Positions 1 to 10,421 of a DNA stretch of 64,000 bases are shown one piece after another. How positions within the stretch are numbered: position 1 is the first letter of the stretch; each line of letters starts with the position of its first letter. Under the pieces are notes generated by a model. The model was not told the DNA's origin, did no database searches, and was given only the letters and a program-made list of their open reading frames with translations. Source of the DNA: an uncultured Actinomycetota bacterium. Its GTDB lineage: Bacteria > Actinomycetota > Actinomycetes > JAHEKZ01. Made by a program: the position numbers and the translations under genes. The stretch lies in NCBI GenBank assembly GCA_963829525.1, contig CAWHIJ010000003.1:1472001-1536000 (forward strand), in the 5' to 3' direction.

Positions 1-172
1 CGAGAAGGTAGCCGCCGACTCGATCGGTGCGAACGCGCCCGCCCACGTCGTCGGACGACTCCAACAGGAGCACCTGGCGGCCAGCTTCGGTGAGTGTTCG
101 CGCTGCTACCAGACCTGCAAGCCCTGCACCAACGACGATGGCGTCGGCGTCATGAGATCGCGTGGTTGGCAC
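1..172 (-). CDS. FAD-dependent oxidoreductase (amine oxidase-like), 5' part only; runs off the window
   Basis: Manual translation (not in ORF track): [50 protein letters not shown] = GxGxxG Rossmann motif plus the GGR motif; TACGCT-N7-GTG start. Confidence 0.85.
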   Translation of the reverse strand, partial: MPTTRSHDADAIVVGAGLAGLVAARTLTEAGRQVLLLESSDDVGGRVRTDRVGGYLL

Positions 173-283
173 GTCCGTGAGCGTAGGGGGTGGCAGGTGT
201 TCGTGCAGCGGCGCTCGTTGGGCCGGCTGTGGACAACCGGCAAGTTGCTGCGGGGAAGCGACCCAGAGCGTGAGGGTGTGCCC

Positions 284-664
284 ATGGACGCCACGAGCAG
301 ACTGCGGGATGGGCAGCTTGTCACGCTGTTGGTCAGTCTCGGTCTTGAACTGTTTCCGCTCCATCGCGCCGGTCACTCCTACGGACCCATCCATCCCGCG
401 CATGTCACGGTCGACGCCGCCGGGCGCCCACATCTTGCCGACGTTGCACCTCCTCCGGCATGGACACCGCACGATGACTGGGTTGGCCTCGTCCGTCTGG
501 GGCGGTTCGTGGGGGCGTCCCCTCGAGCGGCGTCGCTGTCCTGGGAGACGGTCGGCTGCCTCGAGGGCGTCGACCTGCTGCAGTGGTTGATGCGCTGGAG
601 CACTCCTCAGCCGCTACCGCTCGGGGACGGGCGAGCGGGCGCCGAGCCGATGTTGTTGCACTAG
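284..664 (+). CDS. Short degenerate protein-kinase-like protein (pseudokinase/truncated)
   Basis: [29 protein letters not shown] aligns by eye with the Hanks kinase segment LH..GIVHRDLKP.NVL....G...L.DFG but lacks HRD, K and DFG; ATG preceded by GAGGG. Confidence 0.5.
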   Translation: MDATSRLRDGQLVTLLVSLGLELFPLHRAGHSYGPIHPAHVTVDAAGRPHLADVAPPPAWTPHDDWVGLVRLGRFVGASPRAASLSWETVGCLEGVDLLQWLMRWSTPQPLPLGDGRAGAEPMLLH

Positions 665-987
665 CCGTTGCCACAGCGACAGCAGGTCGGTGGCGCTACC
701 TCGACGTCGACTTCGACGACTACCAGTTGGTAGCTGAGATCGACGGTCAGCAGCACATGGAGGTGCTCGCCTGGTGGGAGGACATGGAGGCAACAATGAC
801 GTGGTCGTCGAAGACGGCAAGACCCTGCTCCGTTCGCGTGCTTCGCGCTTCGACGTCAACCGAATCGTGTTGCCGGAGTACTCCGCAAGTTCATCGACCG
901 GCATCCACCGACCCCGAGACAACTCTGACGTCGGCGATGTTGTTGTCCTTACTGTCGCTATGGCAACGGCTGCTGAAACAACATCGG
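647..987. repeat. Pair of ~40-bp inverted repeats (647-686 and 948-987); right copy lies in a hairpin 935-987
   Basis: Reverse complement of 647-686 matches 948-987 at 34/40 positions; 935-987 has CGATGTTGTT...AACAACATCG arms. Confidence 0.85.
685..928 (+). pseudogene. C-terminal remnant of a DUF559/Vsr-like PD-(D/E)xK endonuclease-domain gene
   Basis: Three frames stitch to GRWRYLDVDFDDYQLVAEIDGQQH..WWEDM / NNDVVVEDGKTLLR / FALRRQPNRVAGVLRKFIDRH*; D...vaEiDG..H signature; no start codon, frameshifted. Confidence 0.7.
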
Positions 988-1027
988 AAGGGGTGTGAGA
1001 GCGACGAGCCGGTAGCAGGGCGAGCGC

Positions 1028-1936
1028 TCAGTCGCTGACGAGTTCGGGGCGGGCGGCACGGAGGGCGTCGGTGATCGTCGGGTCCTCGAAGACGAAGCCG
1101 GCATCGAGCAACCGGGTGGGCAGGACCCTGGCGCTGCCGAGCACCTCCTGTGACATCTCACCCAGCACTGTCTTGAGCACGAAGCTCGGCACGTGGGCGA
1201 ATGTCGGTCGGTGCAAGAGCTCGCCCATGGCCTGGGTGATCTCGGCGTTGGTGGCCGGGTTCGGGGCGGTGACGTTGTAGGGACCGACCATCGACGGGTC
1301 GTCGATCATGCGCCGGATCGCGCGCACCTCGTCGCGCAGCGACACGAAGCTCCAGTACTGGCCGCCGCCCCCGAGCTTGCCGCCGACGCCGAATCGGAAA
1401 AGCGGCCAGAGCCGGCCCCAGGCGCCACCACGGCCCGCGACCACCAGGCCGGTGCGCGGGTGAACGACTCGGATGCCTGCGTCTGGCGGCCGGTGCTGCC
1501 GACGCCTCCCAGGCGGCAACCACCTGTGCGAGGAAGCCCGTCCCAACTGGTGATTCCTCGTCGACCGGTTCGTCTCCGGTGTCACCGTAGTAGCCGATGG
1601 CGCTACCTGAGACCAGCACGGCTGGCTGCGGATCCATGCCCGGAAATCGCCCGTGCCAACGTGCGAGTGCCGAGCACACGACTGTCGCGGATCTCCCGCT
1701 TGTAGGACGCTGTCCAGCGGTGGTCCCCGACGCCGGCTCCTGCTAGGTGGATGACTGCGTCGGTGCCAGCGAGCGCGTCGGCGTCCACAGAGCCGCCTTG
1801 GGGGTCCCACTCGACCTCGGCGGGGTCGACAGGTGCTCGGCGAACCAGGCGCAGCACCTCGTGGCCGTCGTCCTCGAGGGAGCTGACGGAGCGCGGAACC
1901 GATGAGCCCACTGGCTCCGGTGATGGCGACCTTCAC
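1028..1936 (-). CDS. TIGR01777-family NAD-dependent epimerase-like oxidoreductase (frameshifted ~1880, ~1640, ~1480)
   Basis: MKVAITGASGLIG; DAVIHLAGAGVGDHRWT; SGSAIGYYG; RTGLVV; GGGQYWSFVS; GPYNVTAPNP spread over three frames. Confidence 0.9.
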   Translation of the reverse strand: MKVAITGASGLIGSALRQLPRGRRPRGAAPGSPSTCRPRRGRVGPPRRLCGRRRARWHRRSHPPSRSRRRGPPLDSVLQAGDPRQSCARHSHVGTGDFRAWIRSQPCWSQVAPSATTVTPETNRSTRNHQLGRASSHRWLPPGRRRQHRPPDAGIRVVHPRTGLVVAGRGGAWGRLWPLFRFGVGGKLGGGGQYWSFVSLRDEVRAIRRMIDDPSMVGPYNVTAPNPATNAEITQAMGELLHRPTFAHVPSFVLKTVLGEMSQEVLGSARVLPTRLLDAGFVFEDPTITDALRAARPELVSD

Positions 1937-2053
1937 AAGATCATCCTGCCCTGGTTTGCCGCTGCCCGCGCGGCGGGCCTACCGCAACCCAACACCGCAA
2001 ATGTTCATCGACCCGATAGGGCCGAGCCGGTCACACGTCGTGGCAGTGGAGGG

Positions 2054-3841
2054 TCAGATGCCAAGGTCGGCCTCAAAGGCACCCTGTTCGAGGCGCTCCT
2101 TGAGCGTCAGCAGGAAGCGCGCTGCGTCGGCGCCGTCGACGAGTCGGTGGTCGTAGGTGAGGGCGAGGAAGACCATCGAGCGGATCGCGATGGAGTCTGC
2201 TCCGGTGTCGTCGGTGATCACCACCGGGCGCTTGACTACAGCGCCGGTACCGAGGATGGCCACCTGAGGTTGATTGATGATTGGGGTGTCGAAGAGGGCA
2301 CCTCGACTGCCGGTGTTGGTGAGTGTGAAAGTTCCGCCGGAGAGTTCGTCAGGGGAGATCGTGCTCGATCTGGTGCGCGCGGCGATGTCGGCGATCCGTT
2401 TGGCCAGGCCAGCGATGTTGAGGTCGCCGGCGGCGTGGATCACTGGAACGAGCAGTCCACGCTCGGTATCGACGGCGACCCCGAGGTTCTCGACATCGTG
2501 GTAGGTGACCGTTCCCGCGTCACTATCGATGCTGGCATTGAGCGAAGGGTGAACCTTCAGTGCCTCCACGGACGCCTTCGCGAAGAAGGGAAGGTAGCTG
2601 AGCTTGACGCCTTCGCGCTCGGCGAAGTCGCGCTTCGCGCGATCGCGGAGCAGAGCGATGCGCGTCACATCGACCTCGATGACGGTTGTCAGCTGGGCTG
2701 AGCTCTGCAGCGAGTCGACGAGCCGTTCGGCGATGACCTTGCGAAGGCGCGTCATCTTCTCGACGCGGCCTCGGAGCGGCGACGCATCAGAAGTGGAACG
2801 AGTCGGTGCAGCGGATGCTGCCGCCTGTGGTTGCGTTGACCGTTGGGCGACAAGCTTGGCTGCGTCGAGGACGTCCTGTTTGCGGATGCGTCCGCCAACG
2901 CCGGTCCCGGCGACCGTTGACAGGTCCACGGCGTACTCGGCGGCGAGCTTGCGAACGAGTGGCGTCACGTAACCCACGTCCACTCCGGCCGCCGTTGCTG
3001 GTGTTGGAGCGGGTGATGGCGGTTCAGGTGCAGGCGGCGCAACGGACGGTGGCTCGGGCGCTGTGGTTGTCGGTGGTTCCGCTGCTGCTGGTGGTGCTGC
3101 CGCGGGGGCGGGCGCGGTGACGGTGGCGGTTGGGGTGGCGCCGCCAACGGCTCCAATCCTTGCGAGCTGGGCGCCAACCTCGACCGTCTGGTCCTCGCCG
3201 ACGTCGATCGACAGCAGCACACCAGCGACCGGAGATGGGATCTCGGTGTCGACCTTGTCGGTGGAGACCTCCACGAGCGGCTCATCGACGGCGACGGAGT
3301 CGCCAACCTGCTTGAGCCACCTGGTGACCGTGCCCTCGGTGACGCTCTCGCCGAGGGCAGGCAACACGATCGATGTGCTGGCACCTGTGGGCGTGACGGC
3401 TGCTGTTGAAGTGGGCGCAGTTTCTGCAGGTGCGGTGTCCGGGGTCGGATCAACCGAGACTGGCGCGCTGTCCGGCCCAGAATCGGCCGACGGTGGCGTC
3501 TCGACTTTGGCTGGGCCGGCGGTAGCAACCTCTGCTGGCTGGGCCGTTGGCGACTCCTCTTCGACCGACTCTTGATCAGGTCCTGAGCGCAGTGGGGCCT
3601 CGTTCACCCCTCCGATCACAGCGAGCTCGGCGCCGACGGCCACTGTCTCGTCCTCTTGGGCGAGGATCCGCAGCAGCACACCGGTGACCGGTGCGGGGAT
3701 CTCGGTATCGACTTTGTCGGTCGAGACCTCGAGCAGCGGCTCGTCGGTGGAGACCTCGTCGCCCTCCTTCTTCAGCCATCGCGTGACAGTGCCCTCGGTG
3801 ACGCTCTCACCGAGCAGCGGCATCTTCACGGAGACCGACAT
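2054..3841 (-). CDS. sucB: 2-oxoacid dehydrogenase E2 dihydrolipoamide acyltransferase (SucB/DlaT), two lipoyl domains
   Basis: Two [10 protein letters not shown] lipoyl motifs, E3-binding [13 protein letters not shown], catalytic YDHRLVDG. Confidence 0.97.
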   Translation of the reverse strand: MSVSVKMPLLGESVTEGTVTRWLKKEGDEVSTDEPLLEVSTDKVDTEIPAPVTGVLLRILAQEDETVAVGAELAVIGGVNEAPLRSGPDQESVEEESPTAQPAEVATAGPAKVETPPSADSGPDSAPVSVDPTPDTAPAETAPTSTAAVTPTGASTSIVLPALGESVTEGTVTRWLKQVGDSVAVDEPLVEVSTDKVDTEIPSPVAGVLLSIDVGEDQTVEVGAQLARIGAVGGATPTATVTAPAPAAAPPAAAEPPTTTAPEPPSVAPPAPEPPSPAPTPATAAGVDVGYVTPLVRKLAAEYAVDLSTVAGTGVGGRIRKQDVLDAAKLVAQRSTQPQAAASAAPTRSTSDASPLRGRVEKMTRLRKVIAERLVDSLQSSAQLTTVIEVDVTRIALLRDRAKRDFAEREGVKLSYLPFFAKASVEALKVHPSLNASIDSDAGTVTYHDVENLGVAVDTERGLLVPVIHAAGDLNIAGLAKRIADIAARTRSSTISPDELSGGTFTLTNTGSRGALFDTPIINQPQVAILGTGAVVKRPVVITDDTGADSIAIRSMVFLALTYDHRLVDGADAARFLLTLKERLEQGAFEADLGI

Positions 3842-3870
3842 GACGTTCCCTTCGGCAGTACTGGGGGTGC

Positions 3871-5295
3871 TCAGGAGTGGGAGTGCAGGGGTTTTCCAGC
3901 GAGCGCGAGATGAGCCTCGCCCATCGCTTCGGTCTGGGTCGGATGGGCGTGGATCAAGCTGGCAACGTCGTCGGCGTAAGCCTCCCAGTTGTAGATGAGC
4001 TGTCCCTCGGCGAGCAACTCACCGACCCGGCTACCGACCATGTGGACGCCGACAACGGGACCGTCCTTGACGGCGACCAACTTCACGAAGCCGGCTGTCT
4101 TGAGGATCTGGCTCTTGCCGTTGCCGGCAAGGTCGTACTTGACCGTTGTGACTGCATCACCGTACTTTTCCCGGGCTGTGGCCTCGGTGATGCCAACCGA
4201 TGCGACCTCTGGCTCGCTGTAGGTGATCCGGGGGACGCCGTCGTAGTCGATGGGCCGAGGATCGAGCCCGGCGACGTGCTCGGCTACCAAGATGCCCTCA
4301 CCGAAGCCCACGTGGGCCAGCTGCAACGTCGGAATCAGGTCACCGACGGCGTAGACGTTCGGCACCGACGTGCGGCAGTACTCGTCGACCGTGACGTAAC
4401 CGCGCTCCATGGCGACTCCGACATCCTCGTACCCGAGGCCCGATGAGACCGGCCCGCGGCCGACGGCGACAAGCAGCAGGTCGGCCTCGATCGTCTTGCC
4501 GTTCTCGAGGTGGGCAACGACGCCGGTCGCGGACTCCTCCACCTTGCTGAAGCGTGCCCCGAGCTCGAAGCTGATTCCACGCTTACGGAACTGGCGTTCG
4601 ATCTGCTTGGAGAGGTCCTCTTCCTCGAGCGGCAGTAGGTGGGGCAGCGCCTCGACGATCGTGACGTCCGCTCCGAACGACCGCCAGACACTGGCGAACT
4701 CCACGCCGATGACGCCGCCACCGAGAACGACGACTGACCCCGGGACGAAGTCGAGGGAAAGGGCGTGGTCGCTGGTGATCACACGTGAGCCATCGATCGA
4801 TAGACCTGGCAGCGATTTTGGTACTGATCCGGTGGCGAGGACCACGTGTCGTCCGGTGAAGGTGCTGTCTCCGACGGCGACGGTGTCTGGTCCCACGAGG
4901 TGGCCAGAACCCTCGACAAAAGTCACGCCTCGGCTCTTCACGAGCCCGGTCAGCCCCTTGTAGAGGCGGCTGACGACTCCGTCCTTGTAGGTGTTGACAG
5001 CCGACATGTCGATGCCGTCGAACGTGGACTTCACGCCGAACTGCTCACCCTCACGAGCAGCGTCAGCGACCTCGGCAGAGTGCAGCAGTGCCTTGGTGGG
5101 GATGCAGCCTTGGTGCAGGCAGGTGCCGCCGAGCTTGCCCTTCTCGACGAGAACGACGTCGAGGCCGAGCTGCGCGGCGCGCAGGGCGCAGGCATAGCCA
5201 CCGCTGCCACCGCCGAGGATCACGATGTCGTGAACGGTGCTCCCGGCGTTCTCTGACACGGGCGACTCCTCTGCATTAGGTACAACTCCTGTCAT
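3871..5295 (-). CDS. lpdA: Dihydrolipoamide dehydrogenase (E3)
   Basis: [20 protein letters not shown] redox disulfide, HAHPTQTE; start at ATG 5295 (alternative GTG 5259). Confidence 0.97.
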   Translation of the reverse strand: MTGVVPNAEESPVSENAGSTVHDIVILGGGSGGYACALRAAQLGLDVVLVEKGKLGGTCLHQGCIPTKALLHSAEVADAAREGEQFGVKSTFDGIDMSAVNTYKDGVVSRLYKGLTGLVKSRGVTFVEGSGHLVGPDTVAVGDSTFTGRHVVLATGSVPKSLPGLSIDGSRVITSDHALSLDFVPGSVVVLGGGVIGVEFASVWRSFGADVTIVEALPHLLPLEEEDLSKQIERQFRKRGISFELGARFSKVEESATGVVAHLENGKTIEADLLLVAVGRGPVSSGLGYEDVGVAMERGYVTVDEYCRTSVPNVYAVGDLIPTLQLAHVGFGEGILVAEHVAGLDPRPIDYDGVPRITYSEPEVASVGITEATAREKYGDAVTTVKYDLAGNGKSQILKTAGFVKLVAVKDGPVVGVHMVGSRVGELLAEGQLIYNWEAYADDVASLIHAHPTQTEAMGEAHLALAGKPLHSHS

Positions 5296-5418
5296 CTTGT
5301 CACCCTTCATGCAGATGTTGACAACCGCGTCCTGCGGCCGCTGGGTCTCCGGCGGCGCTACCGTGGAGGCCTGTCTTTGCCGAGATGTCCGTTGGTCGCA
5401 CTGCTGGAGGTGCCCGTC

Positions 5419-5727
5419 ATGAAGTGGCTGCGGCGTCGCCGCTCGGGTGATACCGGATCCTCCGGTAAGGCCAGCAAATCGGCGGATCGTAAGTATCTCG
5501 AGGAGTTCCTCACCACCCGTCGTGGCGTCGAGGCATATGTGGAGCCGCAGACCTCGGTCAGTTCGGCGAGTGTGGTGCTGGTGGCTGCCGACGGTGAATG
5601 GACACGGCGCCCTGTGCCCGACGCGGCGACGGCCTTCTCCTGGGCCCACAAGCAGGGAATCCCGTGTTACGACGTCAATCTGATGGGCTACCCCAAACGT
5701 ATGCGCGAGTGGAACGGCGGGGTTTAG
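5419..5727 (+). CDS. Conserved actinobacterial small protein found between pepA and lpd/sucB
   Basis: GGAGG RBS; RRGVEAYVEPQT..SVVLVAADGEWTRR..YDVNLMGYP.RMREWN. Confidence 0.8.
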   Translation: MKWLRRRRSGDTGSSGKASKSADRKYLEEFLTTRRGVEAYVEPQTSVSSASVVLVAADGEWTRRPVPDAATAFSWAHKQGIPCYDVNLMGYPKRMREWNGGV

Positions 5728-5757
5728 CCGGCGTTGGGTCTGCGACTGCGTGCACCA

Positions 5758-5798
5758 CATCAAAGGTCCCGTCCTCGGCGAGGACGGGACCTTTGATG
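5758..5798. terminator. Bidirectional intrinsic terminator-like hairpin
   Basis: Perfect 19-bp stem CATCAAAGGTCCCGTCCTC-ggc-GAGGACGGGACCTTTGATG between convergent genes. Confidence 0.85.
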
Positions 5799-5928
5799 CA
5801 GTGGCGAGGGAAGTACCACTGCTGGTGGTGCGAGGTGCACCGGCCCGGCGCTTTCAGGGGGGCGGGGAATGGCTACGCCGGGAGTGGGAAGGGGCGCCTC
5901 TCTTCTTAGGTTGTCGGGAGTGAGCTGG

Positions 5929-6765
5929 CTACTTGTTATGCCCTGGTGCGTTACCGCTGTTGCCGGGCGCTGAGCCGGCGGTGTCGGGTGCTCCAGAGGA
6001 CTGGTCCTTCTTGGCCTGACCGGGTGGGACGTGCCCGGCCCCGGCGGTCGCAGCGTCCTTCTTGGCCTGACCGGGGGAAACATGTGTGGCGTTGTCGCTT
6101 TCGCTGGCGGTGTCGCCGTTCTCCACCGGGTCAGCAGCGTCGGCGCCAGCCTTCTTGCCGCAGTCGCTGTGGGCCGCCTCAGCTACTGCGGCACCGTGGC
6201 CAGGGCCAGGTGGGGTGCTGTGGGCCACGCCAGAGACGTACTCACCGTGGTTCTTGGCGTCGGCACAGGCATCCGGGGCCGGCTGGTCGGTCGGCTCGGC
6301 GCCTGGGTCAGCGACTGGATCATCGCCTGGATCGTCCGTCGTCTCCTCGGTGCCGTCGTCGGTGGGGTCATCGCCTGGGTCAGCGGTTGGGTCGTCCGTT
6401 GGGTCGTCGGTCACCTCCGGGCACTCGACCGGCTCCGGGTCCTCCGTGACCTCTGGGTCGACGGTGATTTCTGGGTCAACCGGCGTCACCTCTCCAGGGT
6501 CAACTGTGGGATCGGTCGTCGGATCGTCGGCTGTCCCGTCCGTGGGGTCGATCGAGGGGTCGGAGACCGGCTCCTCGGTCGGGCAGTCGACTGGATCGGC
6601 GACCGGCTCTGTCGAAGCGACTGCAGCCGGGTCGTCGGTGAAGAGGTCGGCCCCCGTGGCCGCCTCGGCCGTTCCGGCGAGCAAGACGGTTGCGACGAGG
6701 ACGAACCCGCCGACCTTGGCCTTGCCGAGTACGGTCGAGAGCATGGGGTGGGTGCTGGGGCTCAC
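5929..6765 (-). CDS. Secreted/surface acidic Asp-Pro-Thr-rich protein with NHG..VS..AH motif and PGQAKK repeats
   Basis: GGAGG RBS, hydrophobic signal segment ending AEA, DPT-rich low-complexity stalk, KNHGEYVSGVAH..HGAAVAEAAHSDCGK, 2x PGQAKKD. Confidence 0.75.
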   Translation of the reverse strand: MSPSTHPMLSTVLGKAKVGGFVLVATVLLAGTAEAATGADLFTDDPAAVASTEPVADPVDCPTEEPVSDPSIDPTDGTADDPTTDPTVDPGEVTPVDPEITVDPEVTEDPEPVECPEVTDDPTDDPTADPGDDPTDDGTEETTDDPGDDPVADPGAEPTDQPAPDACADAKNHGEYVSGVAHSTPPGPGHGAAVAEAAHSDCGKKAGADAADPVENGDTASESDNATHVSPGQAKKDAATAGAGHVPPGQAKKDQSSGAPDTAGSAPGNSGNAPGHNK

Positions 6766-6927
6766 GGATCCTCCGGGGGTGATCGGGTGTGGTACCCGTT
6801 CGTCTCCGAAGGTAGCGGCGCCGTTACCGGGTGTCTCCGATGACCACCCAAATGGACTAGTTCGGACGGGCCATATCCACCCGCCCGGCCTAGGCCTCCT
6901 ACGTTTCGGCGGGGAGCGGAGGCTCCG

Positions 6928-8418
6928 CTAGCCCTGTGCCGCCCGTTCGGCGAGCGCCACCAGCGTTCGCATCGCCGTCCCCGTCCCGCCCTTTGGTGTG
7001 TAGCCGAAGGCTTCGCCCTCGTTGAAGGCGGGACCGGCGATGTCCAGGTGTGCCCAGGTGACGCCGTCCGGAACGAACTCCTTCAAGAAGAGACCGGCCA
7101 CCTGCATGCCGCCCCACCTGTCGCCGATGTTGGCGATGTCGGCGACCTTGGAGTCCATCGAGGGGCGCAGTTCGGGGGGCAGCATCATGGGCCACATCTG
7201 CTCGCCGACGTACGTGGCCACCGCGTGGACGTGGGACCTGAAGTCGTCGTCGTTGGCCATGATCCCGGACGTCTTGTTGCCGAGAGCAACCACCGCGGCG
7301 CCGGTGAGCGTTGCGATGTCAACGATCGTGTCCGGCTTGTCTTCGCCGGCCCGGACGATCGCGTCGGCCAGCACCAGTCGGCCTTCGGCGTCGGTATTGA
7401 GCACCTCAACCGTGCGCCCGCCGCGAATGGTGATGACGTCGCTCGGGCGTTGGGCAGATCCGGACGGCATGTTCTCGGCCATCGCCATGTATCCGGTCAC
7501 GTTGACCTCTGGTTTCAGGCGCCCGATCGCGGTCATCGCCCCGAGCACGGCAGCGGCGCCGCTCATGTCGCTCTTCATCGCGTCCATGTTGGCGGCCGGC
7601 TTGATCGAGATGCCGCCGGAGTCGAAGGTGATTCCCTTGCCGACGAAGGCGATGTGTCGCTTGGCCTTCGGGTGGCGATAGACGATCCGCACCAGGCGTG
7701 GTGGGTTCACCGACCCCATTCCGACGCCGAGCAGCCCGCCGTACTTGCCCTTGGCAAGGGCGACTTCGTCAAGCACCTCGATCTCCAGCTTGAGGCTGCG
7801 GCACGCCGAGACCGCAGTCTGGGCGAAGTCTGCTGGTGCCAGGTCGGACGGTGCGGTGTTGATCAGGTCGCGGACGAGGTGCAGGCTTTTGGCGACCGTC
7901 TTGACCTCGGTTACCACGGCAGCCGCGTCCTTGTCCTGGGCCAACGGAGTGGCGACGGTGACCGCCTTGACCGGCGGTTTGTGCGCTTTCGCCGACTTCT
8001 TGCGGTAGGTGGTGAAGGCGTAGGCGCCGAACAGGGCACCTTCGGTGACGGCTCTGAACTCACCCTCAGATGTCGCGGGCAGCGCCAGCGCGACGCTGTC
8101 CATGCCGGCTGCTGCTCGTACGGCGTTGCCGGCGGCGCGGCGCAGCCCCTCGGCCTCGGGGACGCCGTCGCCGAGGCCGACGGCAATGACGACAGGGGAT
8201 GCCACCGAGCCAGCCTTGGGGATCCGGGTGATCTGTCCAACCTCTCCGGTGGCACCCATTGCCGTGAGCGCACGGGTCAGGGCGCGGCCGTAGGAAGTTC
8301 CGACGGGGGCCGCCCCCGGGGCGAGTTTGATCCCGTCCCCTTTCTTCAGGATGCCAATGACGATGGCGTTGGCGCGGATCCGGGCGGGGTTGCTGCTGCT
8401 CAGCTCGATCGACGTCAC
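6928..8418 (-). CDS. pepA: Leucyl aminopeptidase (M17)
   Basis: GKGITFDSGG, MKSDMSGAA, NTDAEGRL, ATLTGA, WAHLDIAG; start trimmed to GTG 8418. Confidence 0.97.
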   Translation of the reverse strand: MTSIELSSSNPARIRANAIVIGILKKGDGIKLAPGAAPVGTSYGRALTRALTAMGATGEVGQITRIPKAGSVASPVVIAVGLGDGVPEAEGLRRAAGNAVRAAAGMDSVALALPATSEGEFRAVTEGALFGAYAFTTYRKKSAKAHKPPVKAVTVATPLAQDKDAAAVVTEVKTVAKSLHLVRDLINTAPSDLAPADFAQTAVSACRSLKLEIEVLDEVALAKGKYGGLLGVGMGSVNPPRLVRIVYRHPKAKRHIAFVGKGITFDSGGISIKPAANMDAMKSDMSGAAAVLGAMTAIGRLKPEVNVTGYMAMAENMPSGSAQRPSDVITIRGGRTVEVLNTDAEGRLVLADAIVRAGEDKPDTIVDIATLTGAAVVALGNKTSGIMANDDDFRSHVHAVATYVGEQMWPMMLPPELRPSMDSKVADIANIGDRWGGMQVAGLFLKEFVPDGVTWAHLDIAGPAFNEGEAFGYTPKGGTGTAMRTLVALAERAAQG

Positions 8419-8490
8419 GAGTGCTGCCTTCCGGTTCTTGATGCGGTCGCCACACCCTAGTGCGGAAGGCCGACCGGTAGCCTCCCCTGC

Positions 8491-9591
8491 ATGACATCCC
8501 CCCTGCTGCACACGCCGCTGCACGACCGACACGTGGCCCTTGGTGCCAAGCTGGCTGACTTCGGTGGCTGGGAGATGCCGATCGACTACCCAGACGGAGG
8601 CGTCCTCAAAGAGCACGTTGCGGTTCGCGAGGCCGTTGGCCTCTTCGACGTCTCGCACCTGGGGAAGATGCGCGTCAGAGGTGACGGTGCCCGCGACTTC
8701 GTCAATGCACAGTTCACCAACGACCTCGACCGGATTGGCATCGGCCAGGCTCAGTACTCGATGCTGTGCAACGACACTGGCGGAGTGGTCGACGACCTCA
8801 TCGTGTACCTGCGTGCCGACGATGAGGTGTTCGTCGTCCCGAATGCGGCGAATACTGCGGCAGTGATTGCCTACCTGGCGTCGCAGGCGCCGGCGGGGAT
8901 CACGGTTGAGAACGAGCACTCCGACTACGGGGTGCTGGCGGTGCAGGGTCCGCGATCAGATGCGGTGATGGCGGCGCTGGGTTTGCCGCACGACCTCGAC
9001 TACATGGCATTCATTGATGCGCAGTTCGCTGGAGCTGAGCTGACGGTCTGTCGCACTGGCTACACGGGCGAGCGTGGGTATGAGTTGCTGCCCACATGGG
9101 GAGCGACACCGGCACTCTGGGACGCGCTCGTCGCGGTCGTCGGCGCAGAAGGGGGGCGTCCGGTGGGGCTCGGTGCCCGCGACACCCTGCGCACCGAGAT
9201 GGGCTATCCGCTGCATGGTCAGGACCTGTCGCAGGCGATCAGCCCCGTTCAGGCGCGCGCTGGTTGGGCTGTTGGGTGGAGCAAGCCGCACTTCGCCGGT
9301 CGTCGTGCACTGCTTGCAGAGAAGGAGGCCGGTCCTGCGCGGCGTCTTTGGGGGCTGCTGGCCGGTGACCGCGGCATTCCTCGTCCGCACATGGAGGTCA
9401 GGGATGCAAACGGGGCTGTGATCGGCGAGGTCACCAGCGGCACGTTTTCACCGACGCTGCGTACCGGCATCGGACTCGCGCTTTTGGAGCCCGCTGTGGT
9501 CGAGGGTGCCGCGCTCACCGTCGACGTTCGCGGCCGTCCGTCCACGATGAAAGTGGTCCGTCCGCCGTTCGTGGACGCCTCGCCCCGCTGA
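8491..9591 (+). CDS. gcvT: Glycine cleavage system aminomethyltransferase T
   Basis: [46 protein letters not shown]. Confidence 0.97.
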   Translation: MTSPLLHTPLHDRHVALGAKLADFGGWEMPIDYPDGGVLKEHVAVREAVGLFDVSHLGKMRVRGDGARDFVNAQFTNDLDRIGIGQAQYSMLCNDTGGVVDDLIVYLRADDEVFVVPNAANTAAVIAYLASQAPAGITVENEHSDYGVLAVQGPRSDAVMAALGLPHDLDYMAFIDAQFAGAELTVCRTGYTGERGYELLPTWGATPALWDALVAVVGAEGGRPVGLGARDTLRTEMGYPLHGQDLSQAISPVQARAGWAVGWSKPHFAGRRALLAEKEAGPARRLWGLLAGDRGIPRPHMEVRDANGAVIGEVTSGTFSPTLRTGIGLALLEPAVVEGAALTVDVRGRPSTMKVVRPPFVDASPR

Positions 9592-9642
9592 CAAGCGGGG
9601 CGACGGCGGCCAGGGCCACCTACCTGCCCATACCCTGCTCCT

Positions 9643-10350
9643 GTGCTCGAAGCATTCTTGTGGGGCGGTTTTGCCTCGGCGTTCCTGCTGGTGGGAGCGG
9701 CCGTGGCCTACACGCTCGCTCCAGGCAAGCAGCCGGTGGCGGTAGTTATGGCGCTCGGCACTGGCCTGCTCATCGGCTCCGTCTCCTTCGAGCTGGTGGA
9801 CGAAGCCCTCAAGACGAGCACCGTCGGCTGGGTCGGGCTGCTCGTTCTCGTGGGTGCTGGCGCCTACACGGCCGGCGACTGGTGGCTGACACGTTCCCGC
9901 CCCGGTCAGTCGAGTGATAACGATGAGGAACCCCAGGCCATCGTCTTCGGGTCGGTGCTCGACGGCATTCCCGAGTCGTTCGTGCTTGGGCTCACCGTCT
10001 TGCAGGGCGCGGTGAGCGTGGCGCTGCTCGCTGGAATCGCGCTGTCGAACTTTCCGGAGGGAATGGCATCGTCCAGCGGCCTGCGCAAGCAAGGCTGGTC
10101 AGCCCCACGAGTCACGCGGATGTGGCTCATCGTGCTCGTCGCCTCTGCTGTGGCATCAGCCGCCGGGTACGTGCTGCTCGACAACGCCAGCCCAACGGCC
10201 GGCGCACTCGCGCAGGCCTTCGCTGCGGGTGCTCTGCTCGCCATGGTCGCCGACTCCCTGTTGCCTCAGGCGTACGAGGTCGAGGGCGTGTGGACCGGCC
10301 CGCTGGTGGTCAGCGGCTTCGCTGTCTCGCTCGTCCTGTCCTCGCTGTAG
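9643..10350 (+). CDS. ZIP/GufA-family metal transporter
   Basis: ~8 TM segments; LDGIPES and LSNFPEG motifs; AFAAGALLAMVADSLLP. Confidence 0.85.
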   Translation: MLEAFLWGGFASAFLLVGAAVAYTLAPGKQPVAVVMALGTGLLIGSVSFELVDEALKTSTVGWVGLLVLVGAGAYTAGDWWLTRSRPGQSSDNDEEPQAIVFGSVLDGIPESFVLGLTVLQGAVSVALLAGIALSNFPEGMASSSGLRKQGWSAPRVTRMWLIVLVASAVASAAGYVLLDNASPTAGALAQAFAAGALLAMVADSLLPQAYEVEGVWTGPLVVSGFAVSLVLSSL

Positions 10351-10421
10351 GGCCTTTGAGATTGGCGCCGCCTCCACCGCAACAACTTGGTCCCGTGCCC
10401 GACCCGGCCACGCTCCGCACG

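Noticed and set aside
3240-3815. Long internal DNA duplication
   Set aside because: The two lipoyl domains of SucB/DlaT; expected
8419-8490. Glycine riboswitch upstream of gcvT
   Set aside because: Only ~70 bp of intergenic space and a leaderless-type start; no aptamer motifs
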